Below are positions 30,282 through 41,700 of a DNA stretch of 64,000 nucleotides, piece by piece. The notes beneath the pieces were generated by a model. It was given only the letters and a program-made list of their open reading frames with translations, did no database searches and was not told the DNA's origin. Origin of the DNA: Alphaproteobacteria bacterium (lineage in GTDB: Bacteria > Pseudomonadota > Alphaproteobacteria > JAAXGF01); contig CAUVXB020000001.1 of assembly GCA_963555825.3 (NCBI GenBank), positions 1,504,001 to 1,568,000 of the forward strand, written 5' to 3'. Made by a program: the position numbers and the translations under genes. Positions within the stretch are counted from its first letter, which is position 1; each line of letters opens with the position of its first letter.

Positions 30282-31120
30282 GACTGGCCACCGAGCCGGT
30301 CGAGCGCGCGGCGCACCAGGGTCAGCGCGGCGTCGGCGCGATAGGTGGCGGGTCCGCGTACATCGTCGATCGGGCTGAGCGAAGCGAGATGCGCCGCCGT
30401 CACGGCCGCGCCCAGCGTGCCGTCGAGCGGCCGGCCGATCAGCTCGGCCTCGAGGCCGTCCAGACGCCGCGCGACCTCGGAGCAGGCGCCGACCGCGATC
30501 CGCGCGGCGGCGACGGCGCCATCGTCGGTCGTCTCGACGCTGGCCGCGACCATGACGATCGAGATTACCAGATACTTGCGCGCGCCGAGCTTGACGAAGG
30601 TCGAGCGGGCGCTCGGCGCCAGCTTGGGCACCAGGACGGCGGTAACCATCTCGCCGCGGGCGAGGACCGTGCGCCGGTTGCCGGTAATGAATTGGCCGAG
30701 CGGCACGCGGCGCACGCCGCCCGCCGACGCGACCTCGACCTCGGCGTCGAGCGTCAGCAGCGGCGGCACGCCGTCGGCCGCGGGCGAGGCGTTGCACAGG
30801 TTGCCGCAGACAGTGCCGGCGTTCTGGATTTGCATGCCGCCGACTTCGCGCGCGGCGAGCTTGAGGCCATCGAAGCAGGGCGGCAGATCGGCGGCGATCA
30901 GTTCGCTCCAGCGCGCCAGCGCGCCGATCCGGTAGTGCTCGCCGTCCAGGGCGATGCCGCGCAGCGCGACGATATCGGTGATGTCGAGGACGTCGTCGTC
31001 GAGCGCCCGGCCGACCCGCGCCGGGTAGAAATCGGTGCCGCCCGCGACGATCGTCAGGGGCGCGGCGCCAAGCGCGTCGAGCGCTTGGGACAACTCAGCC
31101 GGCCGCAGGTAGCTTGCCAT
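30278..31120 (-). CDS. Molybdenum hydroxylase FAD-binding subunit
   Basis: AGGTD, QIQNAGTVCGNLCNASPAAD, KLGAR, PIDDVRG. Confidence 0.92.
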   Translation of the reverse strand: MASYLRPAELSQALDALGAAPLTIVAGGTDFYPARVGRALDDDVLDITDIVALRGIALDGEHYRIGALARWSELIAADLPPCFDGLKLAAREVGGMQIQNAGTVCGNLCNASPAADGVPPLLTLDAEVEVASAGGVRRVPLGQFITGNRRTVLARGEMVTAVLVPKLAPSARSTFVKLGARKYLVISIVMVAASVETTDDGAVAAARIAVGACSEVARRLDGLEAELIGRPLDGTLGAAVTAAHLASLSPIDDVRGPATYRADAALTLVRRALDRLGGQS

Positions 31121-31151
31121 CGAAGGCGCCGTTCACCATTGCGAAAAATCG

Positions 31152-31195
31152 TTCGTGTACATATGAATTTCGCTTAACCTCGCCGAATTTGTCAA
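31152..31195 (-). promoter_or_regulatory. Putative promoter (-35 TTGACA) with MarR/NicR-type operator
   Basis: Imperfect palindrome TTCGTGTACATATGAA (31152-31167) and TTGACA at 31195-31190; the same arrangement occurs at 33457-33493. Confidence 0.65.
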
Positions 31196-31211
31196 GCTCT
31201 GATCCTCCGGA

Positions 31212-32930
31212 TTACTCGAAGGGCCTGCCGAAATAGGTCGCGAGCCACAGCCCGAGCAGGTAGAGGCTGATCAGCGACTGGGCGCCGGAGACGACGCGCA
31301 CCCAGCCCGTCGCGCGCAGCACGAAGCCGCGCGGCTGCAGGCGGGCGAGCCAGCCGTCGACGGCGATGTCGCGCCAGCCGATGTGCAGCGCCGAAAACAC
31401 GCTGAAATAGAGCGCGTGGCGCAACGTGGCTGCACCCGAGGCGTGCAGTCGTTCGACGGCGACATCGCGTGTCAGGGTCGGATCGACGCCACCGTCGATG
31501 CGACCGTCGGGCCACAGCCGGTAGATACCGCCTCCCGCGTCCCTGGCGATGGCGGCGGCGTAGACGACCGCCAGGACAAGCGCGAGGACGGCGGCGACGA
31601 CGAGGGCGCGCAGCGGATAGAAGCCATAGCCCGTCGTCCACTCGAACAGCACCAGGCGCAGGGCGCCCTTGATCCCCGCCACGACATCCTTCTCGCCGCG
31701 CGTCAAGGCATGGCGTGTGATGCCGCCCTCGATCGCGAAGGTCGCGGCGCGTTCGAGGTCGCGAAGGCCCGCCTCGCGCAGCAGGGCGCGAAGCCTCACC
31801 AGCGCGCCCGACTTGCCCGGCGCGAAGCGCACCGTCTCGAGGCCGCGCAGGCCCGTGAGATAGCCCCCCGCCGGCGCGAGATCGGGCTGGTAGACGGCGC
31901 CGGTCAGGTCGGCGTCGGCCAGCTTGGCGCCGCCGAGCGTCATCTGGGTCAGCGTCGCGCCGCTCAAATCGGCGCCCCTGAGATCGGCGTCGTCGAGCCG
32001 GGCGTCGAACAGCTTGGTGTCCTTCAGATTGGCGCCGCGCAGATCGACGCCGGTCAGGTCCACGCCGCTCAGATCGGCGCCCAGGAGATCGGCCCAGAAG
32101 AAGCTGCCGCCCGCCACCGTCGCGCCGATCAACTGCGCGCCGCGCAGGCTCGCGCCGCTGAAGTCGGCGCCCGCGAGGTTCGCCTCGATCATCGCCGCCT
32201 TGTCGAGCTCGGCCTCGGTGAACACGGCGCCCCGCGCATCCACCTTGTAGAAGTCGGCTCCCGACGCCACGGTCTGGCGCAACGTGACGCCGCGTAAATT
32301 GGTGCGGTGGAGCCGCGCGCCGACGAGCCGGGTCTTGTCGAGCTTGGCACCGGCAAGATCGGCGTCGGTCAGGTTCGACCCGCTCAGGTCGGCGCCGATC
32401 AGATGGGCCTCGCGCAGGCTGGCGCGGATCAGCTTGGCGCCCGAGATGTCGACGCCATAGATCTCGACCTTGTCGAGATTGGCCCCGTTGAGATCGGCCC
32501 GGTGAAGCTTGGCGTCGCTCAAGATGGTGGCGCGCAGATCGGTGCCGGCAAGGCTCGCCGACGAAAGATCCGCGCCGCGCAGCTTGGCGCCGGCGAGGTC
32601 GGCGCCGCTCAGGTCGACGGCAAACAGGGCGGCGCCCGTGAAATCGGCGCCGCGCAGGTCGTAACCGCTGAGATTGGCGGTGTTCAGCGTCTCACCCTTG
32701 AGGTCGATGTTGCAGAACGCGCCACGCTCGGTGCCTTCGGGAAGGTCGAGGTTTTCTTCCTGGAAGCCGCTCTTGTGGCCTTCGCGCAGCAGTTTCAGTT
32801 GCGCGCCGTTCGGCCGCCAGCCTGCCTTGTGCGGGCAGTCTGTCGCCGCGTTCGAAACCGCCGGAAGGGCGGCGAGCAAGAGCGCGATCGTCAGGATGCA
32901 AACGCGGGCGGCCAACGGCACGCGGCTCAC
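31212..32930 (-). CDS. Exported pentapeptide-repeat protein with C-terminal membrane (channel-like) domain
   Basis: Signal peptide, ~280 aa of A(D/N)LxG repeats, then TM segments and YFSVFSALHIGW; the GTG start overlaps the MarR stop. Confidence 0.85.
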   Translation of the reverse strand: MSRVPLAARVCILTIALLLAALPAVSNAATDCPHKAGWRPNGAQLKLLREGHKSGFQEENLDLPEGTERGAFCNIDLKGETLNTANLSGYDLRGADFTGAALFAVDLSGADLAGAKLRGADLSSASLAGTDLRATILSDAKLHRADLNGANLDKVEIYGVDISGAKLIRASLREAHLIGADLSGSNLTDADLAGAKLDKTRLVGARLHRTNLRGVTLRQTVASGADFYKVDARGAVFTEAELDKAAMIEANLAGADFSGASLRGAQLIGATVAGGSFFWADLLGADLSGVDLTGVDLRGANLKDTKLFDARLDDADLRGADLSGATLTQMTLGGAKLADADLTGAVYQPDLAPAGGYLTGLRGLETVRFAPGKSGALVRLRALLREAGLRDLERAATFAIEGGITRHALTRGEKDVVAGIKGALRLVLFEWTTGYGFYPLRALVVAAVLALVLAVVYAAAIARDAGGGIYRLWPDGRIDGGVDPTLTRDVAVERLHASGAATLRHALYFSVFSALHIGWRDIAVDGWLARLQPRGFVLRATGWVRVVSGAQSLISLYLLGLWLATYFGRPFE

Positions 32931-33382
32931 CCCAGGCGCTTGAGAAGATCGAGGAACTGGGCGCGCTGGCGCGCGGTCAGCGGCTCGAGCGTGGCGTCGC
33001 TGATCCGCGCCGCGGCGGCACGATGCGCTGCGACCAGATCGCGGCCCGCCGGCGTCAGCGTCAACACCGAACGCCGCCGGTCGGCGCGGTCGGCGCGGCG
33101 CGCGATCAGCCTGCGCTCGACGAGGCGACGGATGACGCCCTGAATGGTCGCCGGGTCCATCGCCGTCATACGGCCCAGGTGGTTCTGCGACAGCGCGCCG
33201 TGGTCGCCGAGTTTGACCAGCGCCGCCCATTGCGTCGGCGTCGGATGGCCGTTGCCGAACTCGCTGAGGAAGATCGACGTCGCGCGCTGATGCGCCCGGC
33301 GCAGGAGATGCCCGACCTGCTCTTCAAGCACATAACCGTTTTTGCTGCCCGGCGATTTGCTCAACGGCTTGGCCGCTGCCAT
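32927..33382 (-). CDS. MarR-family regulator (NicR-like)
   Basis: QVGHLLRRAHQR, SQNHLGRMTAMDPATIQGV, DRRR..LTPAG. Confidence 0.88.
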   Translation of the reverse strand: MAAAKPLSKSPGSKNGYVLEEQVGHLLRRAHQRATSIFLSEFGNGHPTPTQWAALVKLGDHGALSQNHLGRMTAMDPATIQGVIRRLVERRLIARRADRADRRRSVLTLTPAGRDLVAAHRAAAARISDATLEPLTARQRAQFLDLLKRLG

Positions 33383-33456
33383 TCGGGAAGCCTGCAATCG
33401 ATTCCGATGGTCAATACACCTCGCTGACCGGCGGCGCGCCGCGCACCGTCCGATTG

Positions 33457-33493
33457 TTCGTGTACATACTAATTCTGACCCTCACACTGTCAA
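33457..33493 (-). promoter_or_regulatory. Putative promoter TTGACA-16-TAGTAT overlapped by operator
   Basis: TTCGTGTACATACTAA at 33457-33472; TTGACA at 33493-33488. Confidence 0.65.
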
Positions 33494-33523
33494 GCACGCC
33501 CGGTGCGTCAGACAGCCGCGAAG

Positions 33524-33994
33524 CTAAGTCAGAGATTTGCAAAAATACGTCAAGTCACCGGGCGCTTCATCGACGACCGTGAAGCCCATCGCAATGTGGA
33601 ACGCACGGCTTTCCAGGTTTTCGGCCGTGGCATCGGAGGCCAGCGCGGCACATCCGAGCGCCGCCGCCCATTGCTCAACGCCGTGCAGCAGTTGCTGTCC
33701 GAAACCCGAGCGGCGACGTTCCGGTTCGACGTAGATGCCCTCGAGATAGCCGACCGGCGATGCGGTCACGGATGCAACGCTGTCGCGCCGCGTGCATTCG
33801 GCGAAGCCAACGATTGTCGCGTCCGCTGACCGTGCTATGAAGACGGCATAGTTGCGCGCGCCAAAGTCCTCCGGGCGGTCGAGTAGCGCTGCCGTCTCGG
33901 CCACATGCGCGGACCGATCGTGGTGCGGCCACAGCGCCTGGCGCATCGAGAGCCACTGGCTTCGATCGGCGCGGACCAGTCGACGGACGGTCAT
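33524..33994 (-). CDS. GNAT acetyltransferase, AAC(6')-I-like
   Basis: WLSMRQALWP, VGYLEGIYV, RRSGFG, LASDA..N..SRAFH.AMGF. Confidence 0.78.
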   Translation of the reverse strand: MTVRRLVRADRSQWLSMRQALWPHHDRSAHVAETAALLDRPEDFGARNYAVFIARSADATIVGFAECTRRDSVASVTASPVGYLEGIYVEPERRRSGFGQQLLHGVEQWAAALGCAALASDATAENLESRAFHIAMGFTVVDEAPGDLTYFCKSLT

Positions 33995-34146
33995 CAACGG
34001 TGAACCGATCTGTGTCGTTGCGGCGGGCCGGTACTACGGGGCGAGATTACCACGTCGAGGTTTCGGATCACGCAGGCTTGAATTGCCTCGCCGAGCGTCA
34101 CGGGGCAGATTGTCGGGAGTCCGTCCGCCGAAACCGGGAGCGGCCC

Positions 34147-35151
34147 ATGCCGACAATACCTTTGCGCTACGCGACCACCTTGGCCATGCTGGTGACGATC
34201 GGTGCGTTCGCGGTGGGCACCGCCGCGCTGGCTTCGCCCGAGTATTGGAAGCGCGAATGGCCAAACACCGATTTCACCAAGGCATCGGTCGATTTCGGCG
34301 AGATCTTCTCGGGCTTCGCCGGTGGCACGGGCAAGGACCGTATCCCTTCGATCGACGCGCCGAAGTTCGAGCCCGTCGCCGAAGTCGACCTGCCGGACCG
34401 TGAGCCAGTCGTCGGCTTCGCGATCGGCGACGACATCCGCGCCTATCCGCTGCGTATCCTGACCTGGCACGAGATCGTCAACGACGTCGTCGGCGGCGTG
34501 CCCATCGCGGTGACCTTCTGCCCGCTGTGCAACGCCGCGGTGGTGTTCGACCGCCGGGTCGACGGCCGGACGCTGGAGTTCGGCACCTCGGGCAAGCTGC
34601 GCAACTCCGATCTGGTCATGTACGACCGCGAAACCGAGAGCTGGTGGCAGCAGTTCCTGGGCGAGGCGATCGTCGGCGCGATGACCGGCAAGCGCCTAGA
34701 GTTTCTGCCGGCGCGCATCGAATCATACGCCCGCTTCCGCGACCGCGCGCCCGACGGCAAGGTGCTTGTGCCGAGCTTCTTCAGCATGCGGCGGTACGGC
34801 AAGAACCCCTACGGCGGCTATGACAGCCTGTCACAGCCGTTCCTCTACCGGGGCGAGTTGCCCGATGGCATCCCGCCGCTGGCGCGTGTCGTCACGGTCG
34901 ACAAGGAGGCATGGGCGTTGTCGCTCCTGCGCGAGCGCAAGCGGATCACCACGGGCGACATCGTCATCACCTGGGAACCGGGCCAGGCCTCGGCGCTCGA
35001 CACCGAAATCATCGCCGAGGGCTTCGATGTCGGCAACGTCGTGGTGCAACGGCCCAATGCCGCGGGCGAGCTCGAGGATATCGTCTACGGCGTCGATTTC
35101 GCCTTCGCCTTTCACGCCTTCTATCCGGACGCGCCGATCCACACCGAGTGA
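34147..35151 (+). CDS. DUF3179 domain exported protein
   Basis: KDRIPSID, RAYPLRILTWHEIVND, VTFCPLCN, FGTSGKLRNSDLVMYDRET. Confidence 0.88.
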   Translation: MPTIPLRYATTLAMLVTIGAFAVGTAALASPEYWKREWPNTDFTKASVDFGEIFSGFAGGTGKDRIPSIDAPKFEPVAEVDLPDREPVVGFAIGDDIRAYPLRILTWHEIVNDVVGGVPIAVTFCPLCNAAVVFDRRVDGRTLEFGTSGKLRNSDLVMYDRETESWWQQFLGEAIVGAMTGKRLEFLPARIESYARFRDRAPDGKVLVPSFFSMRRYGKNPYGGYDSLSQPFLYRGELPDGIPPLARVVTVDKEAWALSLLRERKRITTGDIVITWEPGQASALDTEIIAEGFDVGNVVVQRPNAAGELEDIVYGVDFAFAFHAFYPDAPIHTE

Positions 35152-35215
35152 CGCGCCTGTTCGCGGCGTGAAATTCGGGTTACGCTCGGCGATCCAGGGC
35201 GATGGAGGCGATGGC

Positions 35216-35533
35216 ATGACGACGACGCGCGCGGCCTTCCGCGTCGGCCAACTGGTCCACCACAAGCTGTTCGACTATCGCGGGCTGATCGCCGACGTCG
35301 ATGCCGAATTCCAGGGCAGCGACCGTTGGTACGAGGTCATGGCGCGTTCGCGGCCGCCCAGAGACAAGCCGTGGTACCACGTGCTGGTGCACGGCGCCGA
35401 GCACTGGACCTACGTCGCCGAGCAGAACCTCGAGGCCGACGACACCGGCCGGCCGATCAGCCATCCCGATCTCGCCGAGCAATTCGCCGAGTTCCGCGAC
35501 GGCGCCTACATCCCGACCCGTCCCGCCAACTGA
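35216..35533 (+). CDS. hspQ: Heat shock protein HspQ (YccV-like)
   Basis: FRVGQLVHHKLFDYRGLIADVD, PWYHVLV, TYVAEQNL, HP; GGAGG RBS. Confidence 0.9.
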   Translation: MTTTRAAFRVGQLVHHKLFDYRGLIADVDAEFQGSDRWYEVMARSRPPRDKPWYHVLVHGAEHWTYVAEQNLEADDTGRPISHPDLAEQFAEFRDGAYIPTRPAN

Positions 35534-35753
35534 ACCGGACGACAGGCTGATCGGGGCGCCTTGCGATGTCTGGTGTAGCATGGCCGATGGCCGTCGTGAG
35601 ACGTCCGGATTGGCACAAGCCCCCGAAAAAGCGCTGGGTCCGTCGTCGACCACGCATGTCTGGAATCAACCGGTAAGCGGCCCCTTTGGACAGCAATGCC
35701 TAACGCCTGAAAATAACCCAACTCGAACAGTCGTGACCAGGGTCGTCTGACGG

Positions 35754-38700
35754 TTAGGAACCCATCCTGAAACCCAGAAACGTGACATCATCGCGCCGGA
35801 TCTCGTCGCCCTGATACGCGGTGAAGGCCGCCGTTATGGCGTCGCGCTGCTCGGCTGGCGGTCGGCCAAGATGTCCTTCGAGCAGAGCGATGATGCGCTT
35901 CTTGCCGAAGGCGCGGCGCTTGTCGCCACCGACCTGATCGACCAGCCCGTCGCTGAACAGGTAAAACGCCGACCCCGGCGACAGCGGCACCTGGTGGTTG
36001 GTGAACGCCCGGTCGAGCGGCACGTGGTGGTAACCGATGCCCGACTTGTCGCCCTTGATCTCCTCGGAACCTCGGCTGCTCAGCGTCCACAACGAAAAGC
36101 GCGCGCCGGCGAAGGTCAGTCGTTCGCCACCATCATCGATGTGGCAGATACCGAGTTCGAGACCGTCGTCCGAGGGACCTTCGGCGGTATCCTGCCTCAG
36201 CGAATTCTTGATGAAGCTGTTCATCCGGGCGATGACCTTGGCGGGATCGCCGTCGGGATGTTCGATGATCGCCTGACGCAAGGCGCCGGTCGCGATCATC
36301 GTCAAGAAGGCGCCGGGGACGCCATGGCCGGTACAGTCCGCGACGGCGACGACGTGACCGCCTTCGACGCGGCGCACCCAAAAAATGTCGCCACCGACCA
36401 CGTCGCGCGGCTCCCAGATCACGAAATGCTCGCCAAGGGCTTCCGACATCAGTTCGTCGGAGGGAAGCGCCGAGCGCTGGATGCGGCTAGCGTACTCGAT
36501 CGACGAGGTGATCAGTGCATGGGCCTCGGCGAGCTCGTTCTCGGCCTTCTTGCGCTCGGTGATGTCCGTTTGAATCGTGCCGATACCAAGTATCTCGCCT
36601 TCGGCGCCCCGAACCGGGAACTTGTAGACCATGAGATCCAAAGGCGCGCGAAACGGCATCTCGTCACGATATTCGAATGGCTTGATAACCTGTTGATGTT
36701 CAAGAACTTCATTGTCGGCGATGGCGAACATATCAACCTGATCAGGCGGATTGAACGCTTCCGACGGCGCCCCGATCAAGTCTTCCTTATTCTCTCCGAA
36801 CCAATCTGCGTGGGCCTCGTTCACCATCAGGAAGTTTCGATCGGTATCTTTTAACGTGAACGCAAGCGGGCTTTGATCCAGAACCGAGCTTAGAATTGCC
36901 TCGCTGCGCCTGACTTCCGCCTCGGCCTGCTTGCGCTCGATCACGCGGCCGACCTGGCCGCCGATGTTGTCGAGGACGTCGAGCAACGCCTCGTCCGGCT
37001 CGACCGCCTCGGTGGCGAAGAATTCGAACACCGCCTCGACCCGGCCGCCGACCAGGACCGGGACGGCGAAGCCGGCCTTGACGCCGATAGTCTTGGCCTG
37101 CTTGGCGCGCGGGAAGTTCGGGTCCTCGGTGACGTCGACGATCCACGCCGATTTGCCGCTCTCCAGCACCCGGCCGGGCAGGCCAACGCCGGCCTCGAAG
37201 CTGGCCTTCTTGGTGACCCGGCGGAAGGTGGCGAAGCGCTTGGGTTCGTCGAGGTGCTAGATGTCGGTCGGCACCAAGACATCCGGCGTCTCTCCAGAGC
37301 GCACATAAACATGCCCGACCGGCCAGCCGGTATAGGCACAAATGGCGTCGAGGCAGCTACGCATCGCCTGGTCGACATCCTGGGCTTGGTTGGCGTCGGC
37401 CGCCGTCTTGTGGAGCAGCTCGACGATTGCCGACTTCTCACGCACCGCCTCTTGCGCGCGCTTCTCCTCGCTGATGTCGAGCAAGATGCCGTGCCACACC
37501 AGGGCGTCGTTCTCCCGAGCCGCCACGGATCCACTTGACCATGCCGTCGCTGGCGACGATACGGAACTCATGCACCCAGTCGGCAACTGCCTCGGCCGAG
37601 GCCCGCAACGATTCGAAGAAACCGTCGCGGTCGTCCGGATGCAGCGTGTCGAGCAGGAGCGAGGGATCGACCATCACGGCCTCGGGTTCGAGGCCGTAGA
37701 TGTCGATCAGACCAGGGCTGACATAAGGGTATGAGATGCTGCCGTCGGGCTGCATCACGCGTTCGTAGACGACGCCCGGCACGTTCGACGTGATCGCTTC
37801 GTAGCGTTCCTCGCTCTCGCGCAGCGCCTCTTCGGCCTGTTTGCGCTCGGTGATGTCGGTGAGGATCGAGACGTAGCCGCCCTCCGGCGTCGGCGCGACG
37901 TCGATCTGAAGCGTCGGTCCGCCGGGGATATTTCGCTCGATGCTGGTCGTCTCGACACGCCGGTAACGACCGAGCACCTGCTCGATCAGCGCGTCCGCAT
38001 CGCCCGGGCCGAAGTCGCCGCGTTCGGCCTGATAGTGTAATTCGTCGGACATCGACCCGCCGACCTCGAGGAGGTCATCGGGGTAGTTGCAAAGCGCGCT
38101 GTAACGTGAATTGAAGAGCAAGTTTTTGAGGTCGCTGTCAATCAACCTCATACCGCCCGGCATGTTGTCCATGGCGACGCGGAGTTGGGCTTCCTTCTCC
38201 GCCAGTTCCCGCTCGGCGCGTTTGCGGTCGGTGATATCTGTCGCCACGGTCACCGTCCCGCCCGCGGCGACGCGCTGACGGCGTATGTGATAAACGCGGC
38301 CGTCGGGCGTTAGGTCCTCGAACGTCTTTCCCGAAGGGTTCCGCAGGCTTTTCACCCGTTCGGCGATCAGAGCCTCGACATCGCCTTCGCCGTAGTAACC
38401 GTGCTCGGCCAAGTAGCGTAGAAAATCGGTATAGGGCCGCCCAGGCTGCAGCAGATCTCTCGGCGCCTGCATGATCTCGCTGAAGCGCTCGCTACAAAGC
38501 ACAATGTTGAGATCTTCGTCGGTACAAACGAGCGCGCCCGGCATGTTGTCCATGGCGAGGCGCAGCTGCGTTTCCTTCTCCGCCAGCGCCGCCTCGGCGC
38601 GCTTGCGGTCGGTGACGTCGAGCAGGATGCCGTGCCAGACGATATCGCCGTTCTCCTCGCGGTGTACATGCGAGCTACCGTGCATCCATAACGTCCTCCC

Positions 38701-41700
38701 GTCGCCCGAAATGATGCGGTCTTCGTGGTCCCAATTCGCGATATTGGCGAGCGACTCGGCGTTCGATTTGGCCAGTGCTTCCCTGTCGTCAGGGTGCGTC
38801 CGGTCGAGCCAGGCATTGGCATCGCGCATGGCGTCCTCGGGTTTGACCCCGTGGGTCTCGTACAGCCCGTCGCTGACATAGGGAAATTCGATGCGGCCGT
38901 CGGGATGCTGGACGCGTTCGTACACCACCCCCGGAATGTTCGAGGTTATCGTCGCGTAGCGCCGCTCGCTGGCCCGCAGCGTCTCCTCGGCCCGCTTGCG
39001 CTCGGTGATGTCGAAGTAGGTAAGCATGCGGCCGCCATCGGGCAGCGCGGTGCACTGGTACTGGAAGACTTTGCCGTCGGCCCGTGTCATCTCGGTCGGC
39101 GCGATCGATCCGCTGCGTACGGCCTCGACCCGTGTCGCGACATAGTCGTCGAATTCGTCGTCGGCCACGTCGTAGATGCCGCTGTAACGGTGGAGGTACA
39201 TGAGGTCGGCCATCGCCGGCATCTTCGCCAAGACCTCTTCGGAAAAGCCCCACATCTCACGGACGGCCCGGTTGAACACACGGGCCTTGAGATCCGCGTC
39301 TACGAACGCGATGCCATAATCGATCGTCTCAAGCACCGCGCTGAACTCGCCCAGTGTCTGGGTGAGTTTTTGTTCGGCCGCCTTGCGCTCGGTGATGTCG
39401 GTGGCGATGCCGACGACGCCGCCACCGTCGACCGGCGTACGCATCAGCTCGATGACGCGGCCGTTGGAAAGCTGCTCCTCGTGGCGCAACGTCATCCTAT
39501 CGATATAGCCGCGCATCCGCTGTTCGACGAGCTCCTCGGGATCGCCCGGGCCGTAGTCGCCGCGTTCGGCGCGAAACTTGACAACGTCTCTCAGCGGACC
39601 ACCCGCGCGCGCCGCCTCGTCGGGCAGCACGTACATTTCCTTGTATTGCTGGTTGATGACCTGGACCACCAGATTCTCGTCGACCATGAACATGCCGCCC
39701 GGCATGTTGTCCATGGCGACGCGGAGTTGCGCCTCCTTCCTGGCGAGCTCCTCCTCGGCTTCCTTGCGCTCGGTGATGTCGGTGTAGACGGCAACATGGC
39801 CGCCGTCGGGCGTCGGCACGACGCTCATCTCGACGACCCGGCCGGTGAAGAGACGACGCTCATACTGGGTCGGCTCGTCGCTGGTGAATTCCACCATGAT
39901 CTGTTCGACCAGGTCGTCAACGTCGCCCTCGCCGAAATCGCCGCGCTCCGCCTGATAGCGCACCGATGCCTCCACCGGTCCGCCGATGACGAGCAGGCCC
40001 TCGGGGATATCGAACAGTTCTAGGAGCTGCTCGTTGAACACGACCACATTGTTGTTCTTGTCGGACATGGACATACCGCCCGGCATGTTGTCCAGGGCGA
40101 TGCGGAGTTGCGCCTCTTTCCTGGCCAGCACCTCCTCGGCTTCCTTGCGCTCGGTGATGTCGGTGTACACGGCGACATGGCCGCCGTCGGGCGTCGGCAT
40201 GACGCTGATCTCGACCACCCGGCCGGTGGACAGCCGGCGCTCGTAGCGTGTCGGCTCGCCGCTGGCAAATCTCGTCATGGCCTGTTCGATAAGCTCGTCG
40301 ACGTCGCCCTCACCGAAATCGCCGCGCTCCGCCTGATAGCGCACCGATGCCTCCACCGGTCCGCCGACGACGATCAGACCCTCGGGGAAATCGAACAGTT
40401 CGCGGATTTGCTCGTTTAACAGGACCACCTTATCGTCCTTGTCGGACATGTACATACCGCCCGGCATGCTGTCCAAGGCGATGCGGAGCTGCGCCTCTTT
40501 CTTGGTGAAGTTCCTCCTCCCAGTTCTTGCGCTCGGTGATGTCCTGGGACGTGCCGATCATGCGGACGAACGCGCCCGCGTCGTCGAAGATGGGCTGACC
40601 CACTTCGCGGACATGACGGATCGTACCGTCGGGCCGCAGGGCTCGATAGACGGCGTCGTAACTCTTCGCGTTGGCATGCATGTCGGCGATCAGGGCGCCG
40701 AATTCCTCGCGGTCGTCCGGGTGGATCAATGCCATCTCGTCAGCTTTGATCGAGAAGCCGGCGAAGAATTCCTCGACGGTCACGCCGTGGATGCGCGCGA
40801 GCTCTTCCGAACAATGGGTGAGCCCGTTCGTCGTCTCGTCGTACGCCCAGTGGCCGAGGCGGGCCATCCGCGCCGCTTGTACGAAGTGCGCCTCGCTCTC
40901 ACGCAGCTCTTCCTCGGCCCGCTTGCGCTCGGTGATGTCGGTGTAGACGGCAACCTCGCCGCCGTCGGGCGTCGGTGCGATGTTGATCTCGACAATCCGA
41001 CCGGAGAAGAGATGGCGCTCGTACTTTGTTGGCTCGCCGTTCGCCATGTCTGCCATGATCTGTTCGACCTGCTCGTCGGCATCGCCCTCGCCAAAGTCGC
41101 CGCGCTTGGCTTGGTAGCGTACCATTGCTTCGACCGGTCCGCCGACGATCATCAGGTCCTCGGGGATACCGAACCATTCGCCGAATTGCTCGTTGAACAC
41201 GACCACCTTGTTGTCCTTGTCGGACATGAACATGCCGCCCGGCATGCTGGCCAAGGCGATGCGGAGTTGGGCTTCCTTGGCCGACAGCTCGGCGGTTCGC
41301 GCCGCGACCTCTTCTTCGAGGTGGTTCTGGTGCTCGATCAACGCGGCCTCGGCCTCGGCCTGCTTGGTCTGCATCTCGTTGTAGGCATCGACCACGCGGC
41401 CGAGCTCGTCGGCGCTCTGCCAATCGACCAGCTCGAGCACGCGCTCGGACCGCATGCGCTCGATCGAATCGAGCAGCCGGCCGATCGGCCTGGCGATCAC
41501 GATGCGCACGGCGACCAGAGTGACGCCGATCAAAGCCGCCGCCATCACGACTAGAATCAGCGCGTTCACCTTGAGATGGTCTTTGACGTTCCGCCAGATT
41601 TCCCCGGAGTGCAACGTGACGACCAGCGCACCGACCGTCTCGCTGGTTTGATTGGTCTCATAGACCAGTGACCGTTCGACCATGAGGTCGGGCGCTTCCG

